A DNA stretch of 64,000 bases from a virus. A program made the position numbers and the translations under genes. Positions 1-9,825 of this stretch are shown here, in pieces. Under the pieces are notes generated by a model. It was not told where the DNA came from, did no database searches, and saw only the letters and a program-made list of their open reading frames with translations. Location of the stretch: the IMG/VR virus record IMGVR_UViG_3300029286_000012. The stretch is one strand, 5' to 3'. Positions within the stretch are counted from its first letter, which is position 1. Each line of letters opens with the position of its first letter.

Positions 1-2814
1 AGTAGTGGCAGAAGTCGTTCCAGCTATCGTTCACAAGAAGATGATACATTTGATGACGATGTTGCATACTCTAAAAAGATGTATCAACTAAGCCAAAAAC
101 AAAAACGTGATGCAGACCATGATAGATTAGCAACTGGTACTAATGAAGGTATAGATGATCCATGGGGAGATCAAGGTAACTTTGCAGGTGATAAGCCGGT
201 TAATCTTGGTGGTGTTTCTATTAAAAATATACAGACTGGTGACACCGTTAAGTATTTTGGACAACCATCAAAAGTAGTTGCTATGAGTAAGGATCGTAAA
301 TATTCTCGCATCACAATTTCAAAAGGTATAGGTGAAGTTACGCAAGATGTATTAACAAGTGACTTACAACAATTAGGTCAAGGTGTTAGTGAAGAACAAC
401 TTGATGAAATCTCTAATGAGAAATTAAGTCAATATAAAACAGCGGCGGCATTAGATGCAGGTAAAGCTGATTTAGCAGGTGACTATAAGAAAGCTGATAA
501 ACGTTTCAGTGGTATTGTTAAAGCAACTAAGAAACAGTTTGCCAATGATACAAAAACTGTCAAAGAAGATATCAATGTTGTATATAAAAAAGCTAAATCA
601 TTAATAACACAATTAGATGAAAATACACAACAAAGAGTTATTAATGCATTAACAAAAAATATAGATGATGAAGAACAAAAAACATTCAAATCTACTTACC
701 CTAGAGTAAACAATCCTCAAATATTAGGAACAAAAAATAGAGCTAAGTCAGCTTACTATCCACCAAGTAAACCTAATGTAAAGAAGTTAGATAAACCACT
801 GCCAGAAAGTTTGGGTGATGAACTAAAATCTAAATCATTAGAAGCATTACAGCAAGTTAAACAACAACTTGAACAACAACGTATAGCTGATTTAGAGCAG
901 TGGGAAAAAGATTTTAAACAAAATACTGTTTCTAAGTTCACAGCAAGAGAACCTAATTTTAGACAAAGAGCTACATCTACCCCTATGGTAGCAATGCCAG
1001 GTGAGAAACATTCTGAACTAAAAGCAAGATTAAGCCAACTTGATAAAGCTATTGAAAAACAAGGTATATTAGATAACTTAGTTCAAAAGCTTGATAAGAA
1101 GGGTCTGTTGACACCAAACATTGAAGCCGGTGTTGATACAAGTATGTTAGCACGTGATGGTGCAAGAGATAACTATGTTGAGTTGAATAGAAAACTAGAC
1201 AAAGCATTAGAGTATGTTAAGAACAGATTATTGACTAACAAAGCCGCATATGCTAAACCAAAAGGTGTTGATGAAGGTTGGAGTCAAAAGTATAAGAGTA
1301 GTATCAACTGTAGTCATCCTAAAGGTTTCAGTCAAAAGGCTCATTGTGCTGGTAAGAAAAAGCACAATGAAAGTATTGAAATGGAAATGGTATGTGAAGA
1401 CTGCGGTATGTGTGAAACACACGTAGACCATACTAATTTAGATGAAGCCTGTTGGAAAGGTTATCACAAAGAGGGTAACAAGAAAATGTTTGGCAAAACA
1501 TATCCTAACTGTGTAAAAAATACTAATGAAGAACAGCTAGATGAAAAATGTTGGGATACGCATAAGCAAGTAGGTATGAAAAGTAAGGGCGGTAAACAAG
1601 TTCCCAACTGTGTGCCAAAAGAAAGTGTAGAAGAAGGGGAGGTTATTCCAATGCAACCTCGTAATCCTTTGAATAAAAACCTCATCATACAACTTAAAGC
1701 ATTAAGTGAAACTGCATTAGAAATATTTTGGGAAGGTTCTTATGTACCAACAGCCGCACAAGGGCAAATGGCACAATTAAGTCAACAAGAACAAACTAAA
1801 ATATTTAATCAAAATGTAGCACAATTTAAAGCACTTGGTTATGAAACTTCTATATTTGAAGATGACATGGATATTTTATTTTTACATTCTATTGCAAGAG
1901 AAGCATGGTATGACTCTAAAAAACCAATGAGTAAATATCGCGGATTACCTGACTTAGAGTATAATAGTGACACTAACAGCTTAAAAATTATTGATTTAAT
2001 TGGCGATGACGATGAAGGTATTGTGTATGATAAGAATGTATATGAGCAAGATATAACGGAAGAAAAATGTCCACATTGTAATGGCCCAATGTTCAGTGAA
2101 ATGATAATGAACGAAAAGAAAGATGCTTGCTACTATAAAGTAAAGAGCCGTTATAAAGTATGGCCAAGTGCTTATGCCAGTGGTGCATTAGTAAAGTGTC
2201 GTAAAAAAGGTGCAAGCAATTGGGGCAACGGTGGAAAGAAAAATGAAAGTTCTATACTAGAAGGTATTGAACAAGCGGATGAAAGTTTGCACGATTGGTT
2301 CAATAAAGAAAAATGGGTTCGTATGGATACTAAAGGCAATATTAAAGGTCCTTGTGCTAGAGAACCCGGAGAAGGTAAACCAAAATGTTTGCCACAAGCA
2401 AAAGCTCACAGTCTAGGTAAAAAAGGTCGTGCTAGTGCCGCTCAACGTAAGCGTAGAGAAGATCCTAATCCAGAACGTAGTGGTAAAGCTATCAATGTTA
2501 ATACAAAGAAAAACTCTAATGAAAATGTAGACGAGAATTGGAAACAGAAATTAGGTGCGGCTGCATTAACCGGGGCAATGGCACTAGGAGCAGCCGGCGC
2601 TAATGCTAGAGTTACACCCGGTGATGATCCTAATATTAATCGTTTAACAGGCAAACCCAATATCACACAACCTGTACAAACTCAAACTCCTACAAAAGCA
2701 GAAGCACCAAAAGGCTTTAGTAAAGAATATCTACAGAGCGTGGTAAATGGCACACATCCAAGACCTATGATTAGTGTTGAGAAAGCACAAGAACTATTAA
2801 AGCAAGGACAATAA
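1..2814 (+). CDS. Large modular putative head-internal polyprotein (5'-truncated by window edge)
   Basis: Frame is open from base 1 through the ATG at 79. Short basic/Cys-rich modules are separated by recurrent [LIV]-x-E sites (EQLDE twice, NLDE, VDE, ITEE, MNE, ILE). Contains two CW..(G/K)..K..PNCV repeats. Confidence 0.6.
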   Translation, partial: SSGRSRSSYRSQEDDTFDDDVAYSKKMYQLSQKQKRDADHDRLATGTNEGIDDPWGDQGNFAGDKPVNLGGVSIKNIQTGDTVKYFGQPSKVVAMSKDRKYSRITISKGIGEVTQDVLTSDLQQLGQGVSEEQLDEISNEKLSQYKTAAALDAGKADLAGDYKKADKRFSGIVKATKKQFANDTKTVKEDINVVYKKAKSLITQLDENTQQRVINALTKNIDDEEQKTFKSTYPRVNNPQILGTKNRAKSAYYPPSKPNVKKLDKPLPESLGDELKSKSLEALQQVKQQLEQQRIADLEQWEKDFKQNTVSKFTAREPNFRQRATSTPMVAMPGEKHSELKARLSQLDKAIEKQGILDNLVQKLDKKGLLTPNIEAGVDTSMLARDGARDNYVELNRKLDKALEYVKNRLLTNKAAYAKPKGVDEGWSQKYKSSINCSHPKGFSQKAHCAGKKKHNESIEMEMVCEDCGMCETHVDHTNLDEACWKGYHKEGNKKMFGKTYPNCVKNTNEEQLDEKCWDTHKQVGMKSKGGKQVPNCVPKESVEEGEVIPMQPRNPLNKNLIIQLKALSETALEIFWEGSYVPTAAQGQMAQLSQQEQTKIFNQNVAQFKALGYETSIFEDDMDILFLHSIAREAWYDSKKPMSKYRGLPDLEYNSDTNSLKIIDLIGDDDEGIVYDKNVYEQDITEEKCPHCNGPMFSEMIMNEKKDACYYKVKSRYKVWPSAYASGALVKCRKKGASNWGNGGKKNESSILEGIEQADESLHDWFNKEKWVRMDTKGNIKGPCAREPGEGKPKCLPQAKAHSLGKKGRASAAQRKRREDPNPERSGKAINVNTKKNSNENVDENWKQKLGAAALTGAMALGAAGANARVTPGDDPNINRLTGKPNITQPVQTQTPTKAEAPKGFSKEYLQSVVNGTHPRPMISVEKAQELLKQGQ

Positions 2815-3254
2815 TGTTATCAGATAATCTAAAAGTACTATTAGCTAGTACACAAAGCTTTGCTATCAAAAGCCAGAACTTTCATTGGAATGTTGAAGGC
2901 AGCAACTTTCCACAATATCACGACTTCTTTAATACATTGTACGAAGATGTAAATGCTACTATTGACCCTATTGCTGAATATATCAGAATATTAGGTTCGT
3001 ATACGCCCGGAAGTTTAACAAGATACGCAGAACTATCAATCATTGAAGACCAAATTAAAATCCCACGTGCTGAACTAATGTTTGCTGAATCATTACAAGA
3101 CTGTGAATTAATGCTTAAGTTAGTAACAGCAATGTTTGATGAGGCAGCTAGTGAGAATCAACACGGTATCGAAAACTATATGGCCGAACTACAAGATTTG
3201 TACGGCAAGAAAGCTTGGTTCATTCGTTCTATATTAAAACGAGAACGTGAGTAA
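2814..3254 (+). CDS. dps: Dps / ferritin-like DNA protection protein
   Basis: NFHWNVEGSNFPQYHDFF and IDPIAEYIRILG motifs; 146 aa; C-terminal KKAWFIRS. Confidence 0.9.
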   Translation: MLSDNLKVLLASTQSFAIKSQNFHWNVEGSNFPQYHDFFNTLYEDVNATIDPIAEYIRILGSYTPGSLTRYAELSIIEDQIKIPRAELMFAESLQDCELMLKLVTAMFDEAASENQHGIENYMAELQDLYGKKAWFIRSILKRERE

Positions 3255-4597
3255 TGCGAGCGAATGAGTTTTTAAACGAACTATTCCAGCAAGGTAAAAA
3301 GAACTGGGAATGGAAATTTCGCGGCGGTGAAGAAGCTAGAGCAAACTTTACAGTAGGCGATAGAACTTATCATTGGCAAGCGTTTTCCCGCAATGCCAAT
3401 CCTAAGAAATGGGAAGTTCAGTTTATGATGGGTAGAAAAGATACTGATCCACAGGAAATGGATATTTGGGGCACAACAGGTACAGGTAATTCAGCCGAAG
3501 TATTGTCTACCGCGGTTGATATTACCCGCGAGTTCTTACAAAAATATGGTCTTGATAAAGTAGAAGAAATAACATTCAATGCCAAAGAAGATAGTCGCAT
3601 TGGATTATATGCTAAGATGATTAAGCGTTTATTACCTGATTGGGACTTATATAGCAAAAAAGATCCACACGATGGAATGATTTTTACACTAACTGACCGT
3701 AGAGCATACGACAAGCCTGAAAATAAACTTAGTGAAAATGAACAACTGAATGAACGTGCAACTAGTGTAGTATTTCATTACACTAGTACCGGTGCCGCAT
3801 TAAAGATTCTACAATCAGGCAACTTTGAACTTGCAAGTGTAACAGGTAATCCAAGCGAAGAAGATTATGCACCAAAAGGTTATCCATACTTTTTAAGTTT
3901 AACACGCACACCAACCGGTGACTATCATAGATATGTTGGTACTGGTGGTGTAATGTTTAAAATGAACGGTGATTGGTTCAACAGTAGATACATTGTTAAG
4001 CCAATAGACTATTGGAATAGTGCTTGGTTAAAAAGTGATGGCACAAGAACACGTGAATCAGAAGATAGAGTATTCAGCAAAGAGCCAAGTATACCAATGA
4101 CACCTGTTACAGAGATACATATCTTACTAAAAGAACAAAATGAATATCGTAGCCCACAAACACGACAGCTAATGATAACAGCTAAAAAAAGAGATATACC
4201 AGTATATCTTTATACAGATGAAAAAGCTTGGAGATTGTTAGATACACGCAAGAGTGTTCAGCCAAGCCAAGCTAAAGATGTATTGAAGGGTCAACCAACT
4301 AGAGGTTCTACTCGCAAGCCAACAGACTTTGTTAAGCCTTGGATTGAGTTGATTGAAAAAGACAAAGAGGAATACTTAAGCGATAGAGCTAAGAGACAAC
4401 TAAAGAACCTGTTATGGTATCACGATACAACAGGCGATCATAACATAGGTGTTGATTTAAGTAACGCACGTAAGCCAGACGCAGGAGATAGAGCTAGTGC
4501 CGTGAAGTTGATTAAATATATGAACGACAATGGTTTTAAGAACACAATAGAGTTGAAAAACTATATATACGATAAATGGAATAAGTTAAAAAAATGA
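3254..4597 (+). CDS. Putative head-packaged two-domain protein; second domain ADP-ribosyltransferase-like
   Basis: N-terminus MRANEFLNE; internal EQLNE site followed by FHYTS...ILQSG...LSLTR...ESEDR. Confidence 0.45.
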   Translation: MRANEFLNELFQQGKKNWEWKFRGGEEARANFTVGDRTYHWQAFSRNANPKKWEVQFMMGRKDTDPQEMDIWGTTGTGNSAEVLSTAVDITREFLQKYGLDKVEEITFNAKEDSRIGLYAKMIKRLLPDWDLYSKKDPHDGMIFTLTDRRAYDKPENKLSENEQLNERATSVVFHYTSTGAALKILQSGNFELASVTGNPSEEDYAPKGYPYFLSLTRTPTGDYHRYVGTGGVMFKMNGDWFNSRYIVKPIDYWNSAWLKSDGTRTRESEDRVFSKEPSIPMTPVTEIHILLKEQNEYRSPQTRQLMITAKKRDIPVYLYTDEKAWRLLDTRKSVQPSQAKDVLKGQPTRGSTRKPTDFVKPWIELIEKDKEEYLSDRAKRQLKNLLWYHDTTGDHNIGVDLSNARKPDAGDRASAVKLIKYMNDNGFKNTIELKNYIYDKWNKLKK

Positions 4598-6936
4598 GAG
4601 CACTAGACTTTATAATATTAGAAACAGAAGTACTTGACGAAGTAGCGATGAATCCTACACGACTAAAGCAAGAAGCTGCCAAGACTGGTGCTCAGGCTGG
4701 TATGGAATTTGAGATGATTGTTCCAAACGTTAAACAAGAAGAAGGTGACGGGGATCCAGAAGCTGATTATGATAGTGATGAGAGTTCCGGTAGTATCCAA
4801 AACATACGCAACTTTTTTTATGACCGTAACTACAATGGTCTTAGAGAAGTAGAAAGTTTAGTTGATGAACTAACTCAATCTTATCTCGAATGGGCTGATG
4901 AAAGACGTAGCGAACAATGGGATAGTGAAGGTAAAGATTATCTACGTGAATATATTGAAAGTGAAGGCGAGTTTGATGAAGATGCCGCACTAGATGAGGC
5001 TTATGACCAGTTAGGCTTAACAGATGAACAAAAAGAAGCGGCAAACAAAGCCGGCGCAAAAACAACTAAACTAAAAGACAAAGAAAATAACGAAGATTGG
5101 AAACACTGGAAAGAAGCTACTGATATGGTAGAAGAAAAGCGTGACCAATTTGTTGAAGAAGAATGGGACAATCAAGAAAGATTGTATGACAATGCACGTG
5201 AAAAGTGGATGGATGAAACTGACTGGCCAGACGAAAGCGATTGGTTAGAAAGTGAAGGTCTTTATACAATGCAAGACGTTGAAAGTAACTATGATATTAG
5301 TTGGCCACATTGGTATTATCCCGATAACGGTGGTGAGTTAAGCGTTGATGATATTGGTGATGAGTTTAGCAGAATGATTGGTAAGCCAGTCAATACAAGC
5401 GAACGTTATCACGGTGCTCGCAGAGAAGCAGGTCACTATGTTGTTGAGCCTGATGGTAGCTTAGAGCCTGACGATTCCAGTGATGGTGGATTAGAGTTCG
5501 TATCTCCACCAATGCCCATAGATGAAATGATAAGTGACTTTAACAAAGTTGTTGCTTGGGCGAAAGATAAAGGTTGCTACACGAATGATAGCACTGGATT
5601 ACATATTAATGTAAGTGTACCTGACTTTAGTAGAGAAAAACTTGACTATGTTAAGTTAGCATTATTGTTAGGTGACGAATATATATTGAAAGAGTTTGAC
5701 CGTGAAGGTAACACTTTTTGTAAGAGTGCTTTGAAACAAGTTAAAGATAACATTAGACAAAATCCAGATAGTGCTAAAAAGTTGTTAGATGGAATGAAAG
5801 AAGGACTAAGTGATATCGCTAGCAAACTAGTTCATAGTGGTGCAACACACAAATACACAAGTATCAATACCAAAGACGGCTACATTGAGTTTCGTAGTCC
5901 CGGTGGTGATTGGTTAGATGCTGATATCCCTAAGATTGAAAACACGTTGTTACGATTTGTAGTAGCATTAGATGCCGCAGTTGATCCACAGAAATATAGA
6001 AAAGAATATCTAACAAAACTTTATAAGTTATTAGCACCAAGTAAAGATAGTACCGACACTATTCAATACTTTGCTAAGTATGCCGCAGGTGAGTTACCTA
6101 AGGCTGCATTGCGTAGCTTTGTTCAGCAAGCACAACTAGAACGCAAGTTGAAGAAAGATACTACCGGCGGCAAAAAATATTGGTGGAGTGTTCGTAGTCC
6201 TGGTGGTACTGCTAGTATAGAAGTTGTTGCCTTATCTAAAGAAGAAGCAAGAGAAAAAGCCATTGGTGGTTATCCAAATTGGGCTGACTATCGAAGTTCA
6301 TTGGTTGCCAAGCCATTGCGTCCGTATGAAAGGGACGACAGTAGTGAACCAAAGTATGAAATATTCAATTTGGATACTAACCGAAAGGTAGAAGATGCTG
6401 AAGGCATTACCAATGATAGAGAAGCATTGATTCGTCTAAATGATTACCTTGAACACGGACCACATAGACTACAACCATTCCAAGCAAGAGATATGTTTGG
6501 TATAAGACGTGTTGGTGATAGTGAGCCTATATTAGCACAACCTATTCGTGCTACAGGTGGTGAAACACAAGATTACAAACTATACAGAACAGCAGACCAA
6601 AGTATAGTTTATACATTCCAAGCTACATCAGTTGAAGAAGCAAGAGAAAAAGCTCAAGCTTGGTTGTTACAACAAGGTATTGATAGAAGAGGTTATGGTC
6701 TATCACGTATGGATCAACCAGCACCCGCACCAGGTAGCACAACTGATATACAACAACAACGTGCAGCCGGTGGCTTTACTGGTGCTTGGAAAGTGTTAGC
6801 TGATGGACAAGAAGTACATCGCTTTAGTGGAGTAGGTAACGTTCAACGTGATGCTAATCGTGTAGCTATTCAATGGCTAAGAGACAATGGGTACGATCAA
6901 GGTACAGACATTGAAGTATTACCTATAATGAGCTAA
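4594..6936 (+). CDS. Putative amidoligase (COOH-NH2 ligase family) domain protein, probably head-packaged
   Basis: GMEFEM, EPDGSL, GLEFVSPP, STGLHINVS, KYTSIN and IEFRSPG motifs; large acidic insert; N-terminus MRALDFIILE. Confidence 0.75.
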   Translation: MRALDFIILETEVLDEVAMNPTRLKQEAAKTGAQAGMEFEMIVPNVKQEEGDGDPEADYDSDESSGSIQNIRNFFYDRNYNGLREVESLVDELTQSYLEWADERRSEQWDSEGKDYLREYIESEGEFDEDAALDEAYDQLGLTDEQKEAANKAGAKTTKLKDKENNEDWKHWKEATDMVEEKRDQFVEEEWDNQERLYDNAREKWMDETDWPDESDWLESEGLYTMQDVESNYDISWPHWYYPDNGGELSVDDIGDEFSRMIGKPVNTSERYHGARREAGHYVVEPDGSLEPDDSSDGGLEFVSPPMPIDEMISDFNKVVAWAKDKGCYTNDSTGLHINVSVPDFSREKLDYVKLALLLGDEYILKEFDREGNTFCKSALKQVKDNIRQNPDSAKKLLDGMKEGLSDIASKLVHSGATHKYTSINTKDGYIEFRSPGGDWLDADIPKIENTLLRFVVALDAAVDPQKYRKEYLTKLYKLLAPSKDSTDTIQYFAKYAAGELPKAALRSFVQQAQLERKLKKDTTGGKKYWWSVRSPGGTASIEVVALSKEEAREKAIGGYPNWADYRSSLVAKPLRPYERDDSSEPKYEIFNLDTNRKVEDAEGITNDREALIRLNDYLEHGPHRLQPFQARDMFGIRRVGDSEPILAQPIRATGGETQDYKLYRTADQSIVYTFQATSVEEAREKAQAWLLQQGIDRRGYGLSRMDQPAPAPGSTTDIQQQRAAGGFTGAWKVLADGQEVHRFSGVGNVQRDANRVAIQWLRDNGYDQGTDIEVLPIMS

Positions 6937-6937
6937 T

Positions 6938-7483
6938 ATGAGAGCAACAGAGTTTATTAATAAGGAAATACCTTTTGCAGACGGGTATTTAGTTGTGAGC
7001 AAACACTTTATTAATGATAGAAGTGATGGTTCTGAACGTAACATTCCCATAGAAAAAGTCCTTCGAGTATTACATAAGTTAGAAACTAGACGTGGACATG
7101 AACTAATGAAAATGCCATATATTACTTTTGTAGTTAAAACTACTGATTTAGGAGTAGCTATAGCCAAGCAAAAAGATAATTATGGTGAAAATGCATATGT
7201 TGTATTAACCGCACATCCTACATTGCAAGTATCCTCAGATGAGGATGTATTTTATTTAGAAGAACAAGAAAATCCTAAAGTAGATTTAACACCCAACTAT
7301 CCTAACTATCAAGTGTTAGTAGGTGAGTTCTTGGGTGTAAAGAAGAACAGATATATCTTTCAAATAGTTGCCGCAGAACTAAAGCCTGGCCAAGGTGCTA
7401 CTGAGAAAATAGTTAAATCAATAACAAACAAGACACCGTTTGGTATTGATATTGAAAGAGTAAAGAATCGTAAGGTAATATGA
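6938..7483 (+). CDS. Hypothetical protein with capsid-targeting-like N-terminus
   Basis: Starts MRATEFINKE; 181 aa. Confidence 0.55.
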   Translation: MRATEFINKEIPFADGYLVVSKHFINDRSDGSERNIPIEKVLRVLHKLETRRGHELMKMPYITFVVKTTDLGVAIAKQKDNYGENAYVVLTAHPTLQVSSDEDVFYLEEQENPKVDLTPNYPNYQVLVGEFLGVKKNRYIFQIVAAELKPGQGATEKIVKSITNKTPFGIDIERVKNRKVI

Positions 7484-7926
7484 TAAAAATGAAAAAAATA
7501 ATAATATTAGTAATTCTAACATTAACTAGTGTTGCATTTGCACAAAAGCAAAAGCCAATGAACATCTATGATTTTCCTATCACTAGGATTATTGATGGGG
7601 ATACTGTTGCATTTCAAGCAACATTCTTACCTCCACCTTTAAAACAAGAACTAAGTATTCGTGTATTTGGTGTTGATACACCTGAAAAAGGTCATAGAGC
7701 AATGTGCCCAAGCGAAGACCAACGTGGTCAAGCCGCTACTGCATTTACAAAGAATGCTATCAGTAAAGCACAAAAACGTCAAGTAGCTATCGCTGATTGG
7801 GATAAATACGGTGGTCGTGTATTAGGTGATATATTACTTGATGGACAAAGTTTAAGAATGATGCTAATACAAAACGGATTTGCAAGAGAATACTACGGAG
7901 AAGCCAAACAAAGTTGGTGTAATTAA
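7480..7926 (+). CDS. Thermonuclease (SNase family) with signal peptide
   Basis: IIDGDT, IRVFGVDTPE, DKYGGRVLG, NGFAREY; hydrophobic N-terminus ending AFA. Confidence 0.9.
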   Translation: MIKMKKIIILVILTLTSVAFAQKQKPMNIYDFPITRIIDGDTVAFQATFLPPPLKQELSIRVFGVDTPEKGHRAMCPSEDQRGQAATAFTKNAISKAQKRQVAIADWDKYGGRVLGDILLDGQSLRMMLIQNGFAREYYGEAKQSWCN

Positions 7927-7977
7927 ACTACTTTTAGAGATTTTTGATAAATACATGTATAATAAAGGAACTTTTAT

Positions 7978-8253
7978 ATGACAAAAACATTTACTACTCC
8001 AATTCCAGATGATGCAGGAAGAATGCACACATTTGTATACGAAGTTGATAAATTTTTACCACTAAACGATTGGTTATCAGCTACCAAAACTAAAGAAGAA
8101 TATGATTATTGGCTTGCTAATGACAGTGTTGGTAACCACACTGATATTGGTTCTGATTATTATGCAGAATGGTTAGTATCTCAAAAATTAATACATACGA
8201 TTAAACGTACCGATGGTACTGAAATTGTTAACGACTATCACGAATATCTATAA
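7978..8253 (+). CDS. Hypothetical protein
   Basis: ORF with AAGGA RBS and upstream TAAATA. Confidence 0.6.
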   Translation: MTKTFTTPIPDDAGRMHTFVYEVDKFLPLNDWLSATKTKEEYDYWLANDSVGNHTDIGSDYYAEWLVSQKLIHTIKRTDGTEIVNDYHEYL

Positions 8254-8261
8254 TATATTAA

Positions 8262-8834
8262 ATGCGGTTTAGTCAGATTGTATTAGAGTCGCCTGCCAAT
8301 GAGCTAGCAAAGAAACTTCCTAGCTTAGAAAAGCACGACTATAATACAATCGACAGGCTAATGAGAAGAATCGCTAGTAAACATAAAATTACTGGTAAAG
8401 CATTACATGATTTATTTGTCAAAAAATATCATCGTAACCCTGACAGTTGGATTAAAAATAAACTAGATGAGGCTGGTGAAAATGAACTACAACGAGAAGT
8501 TGATATGTTTGTTCAGTGGGCCTCCAAAATATTACATTTAAAATCTACTCCATCTATTGAATTAAGTATGGATACCGAAGAGGCTCAAACTAATCATCAT
8601 ACCGGTGGTCATCAAATGGGTACTGATAATATTTGGGTCTATGCTAAAAATCGTAACCTTGTAGATATACTACGTACAGTATTCCATGAATTAGTACATG
8701 TCCGTCAAGGTGAACTAAATATGATTGAACCCGGGGATAGTTATCCCGGTAGCCCAATTGAAGCAATGGCAGATATGCTTGCAGGAAAATATATCAAAAT
8801 TTATGGAGAAAAAAATAACCATATCTTTCAATAA
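8262..8834 (+). CDS. HExxH zinc metallopeptidase-like protein
   Basis: TVFHELVHVRQ...PIEAMA; N-terminus MRFSQIVLE. Confidence 0.65.
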   Translation: MRFSQIVLESPANELAKKLPSLEKHDYNTIDRLMRRIASKHKITGKALHDLFVKKYHRNPDSWIKNKLDEAGENELQREVDMFVQWASKILHLKSTPSIELSMDTEEAQTNHHTGGHQMGTDNIWVYAKNRNLVDILRTVFHELVHVRQGELNMIEPGDSYPGSPIEAMADMLAGKYIKIYGEKNNHIFQ

Positions 8835-9798
8835 AAATGTTAATATATAAATTTAATAATGACCAAACAAATGTTTATATAAAAATAAAATTATTGAATA
8901 ATTCATTCGTATCTAATTGGAAAGATTATGTTACACGTACTTCAAAACGTCTCCCACATTTAGATTGGTCTTTTCATCCACATCATGTAACACAACAGCT
9001 TGTTACTAATGTAAATTATAGATTTTTTATATTTAATATCCTTAAATCATTTATATTATTAGGTAAACACTATCAAATTGATTATAGTGCAGAAATAATA
9101 GAACTTAAATCTTTATTAATTGATTATAGTAATCTTACTCAACATCATTTAAACAAGTGGCATAGACACTTTACATCACTGGCAAAATTATTAAATCCCT
9201 TTGTATCCTCTACTACATTTACCGACACACCAATAGATAAAATACATCATGCAATACATGAATTAAACAATAATTCACATCTACTAGAAACATTAACATA
9301 TCCAAAATTATCTAGGATAAACAAACTAGTTCCTAACCAAATGTATTATGGGTTACATGCCGCATCTACTAGTCATTTAGAAGATAACGAGGCAATATGG
9401 GGAACAGAGACAGTAGAATATATAACTGAAGAATTTGATTTTAGCGTACAATCATATAATCATAATGTTTGGATAACTGATGATATTTTGGGTAAGGATC
9501 ATTTTAAATGTTGGTTTGAAGAAGATGACCCTAGTAATGATGATATTGGCGGTAACAATTTAATGACTCCCAATATTACATTTGACCCTAATAAAATATT
9601 TACAAAAACAATAGAAGATCCTGAATTTCAACAATTTGTAATCAATTCAAATAAAAAACTCAATCGATATCCAATAGGTGACATAGAAAATATTGATGAA
9701 ATAGATTGGAATAATATAACCAATCTTAAATTAAAAAGTATAGAGTTAGATGGTTCTATATTATGGAAATATGAATGACCGTCATATCTTTCAATAAA
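8820..9798 (+). repeat. 16-bp direct repeat CATATCTTTCAATAAA at 8820-8835 and 9783-9798
   Basis: Exact match read from the sequence; the first copy encodes the HIFQ-stop of the upstream gene. Confidence 0.9.
8837..9778 (+). CDS. AT-rich hypothetical protein (inserted cargo gene)
   Basis: 313 aa ORF, Asn/Ile/His-rich, flanked by a 16-bp direct repeat. Confidence 0.65.
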   Translation: MLIYKFNNDQTNVYIKIKLLNNSFVSNWKDYVTRTSKRLPHLDWSFHPHHVTQQLVTNVNYRFFIFNILKSFILLGKHYQIDYSAEIIELKSLLIDYSNLTQHHLNKWHRHFTSLAKLLNPFVSSTTFTDTPIDKIHHAIHELNNNSHLLETLTYPKLSRINKLVPNQMYYGLHAASTSHLEDNEAIWGTETVEYITEEFDFSVQSYNHNVWITDDILGKDHFKCWFEEDDPSNDDIGGNNLMTPNITFDPNKIFTKTIEDPEFQQFVINSNKKLNRYPIGDIENIDEIDWNNITNLKLKSIELDGSILWKYE

Positions 9799-9803
9799 GA
9801 TTA

Positions 9804-9825
9804 ATCTATGCTATAATGCATAGAT
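9804..9825 (+). promoter_or_regulatory. Extended -10 promoter (TGcTATAAT) inside the inverted repeat ATCTATGC/GCATAGAT; leaderless tilS start
   Basis: TATAAT at 9812-9817 is the loop of an 8-bp perfect stem; ATG is 6 nt downstream. Confidence 0.6.
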
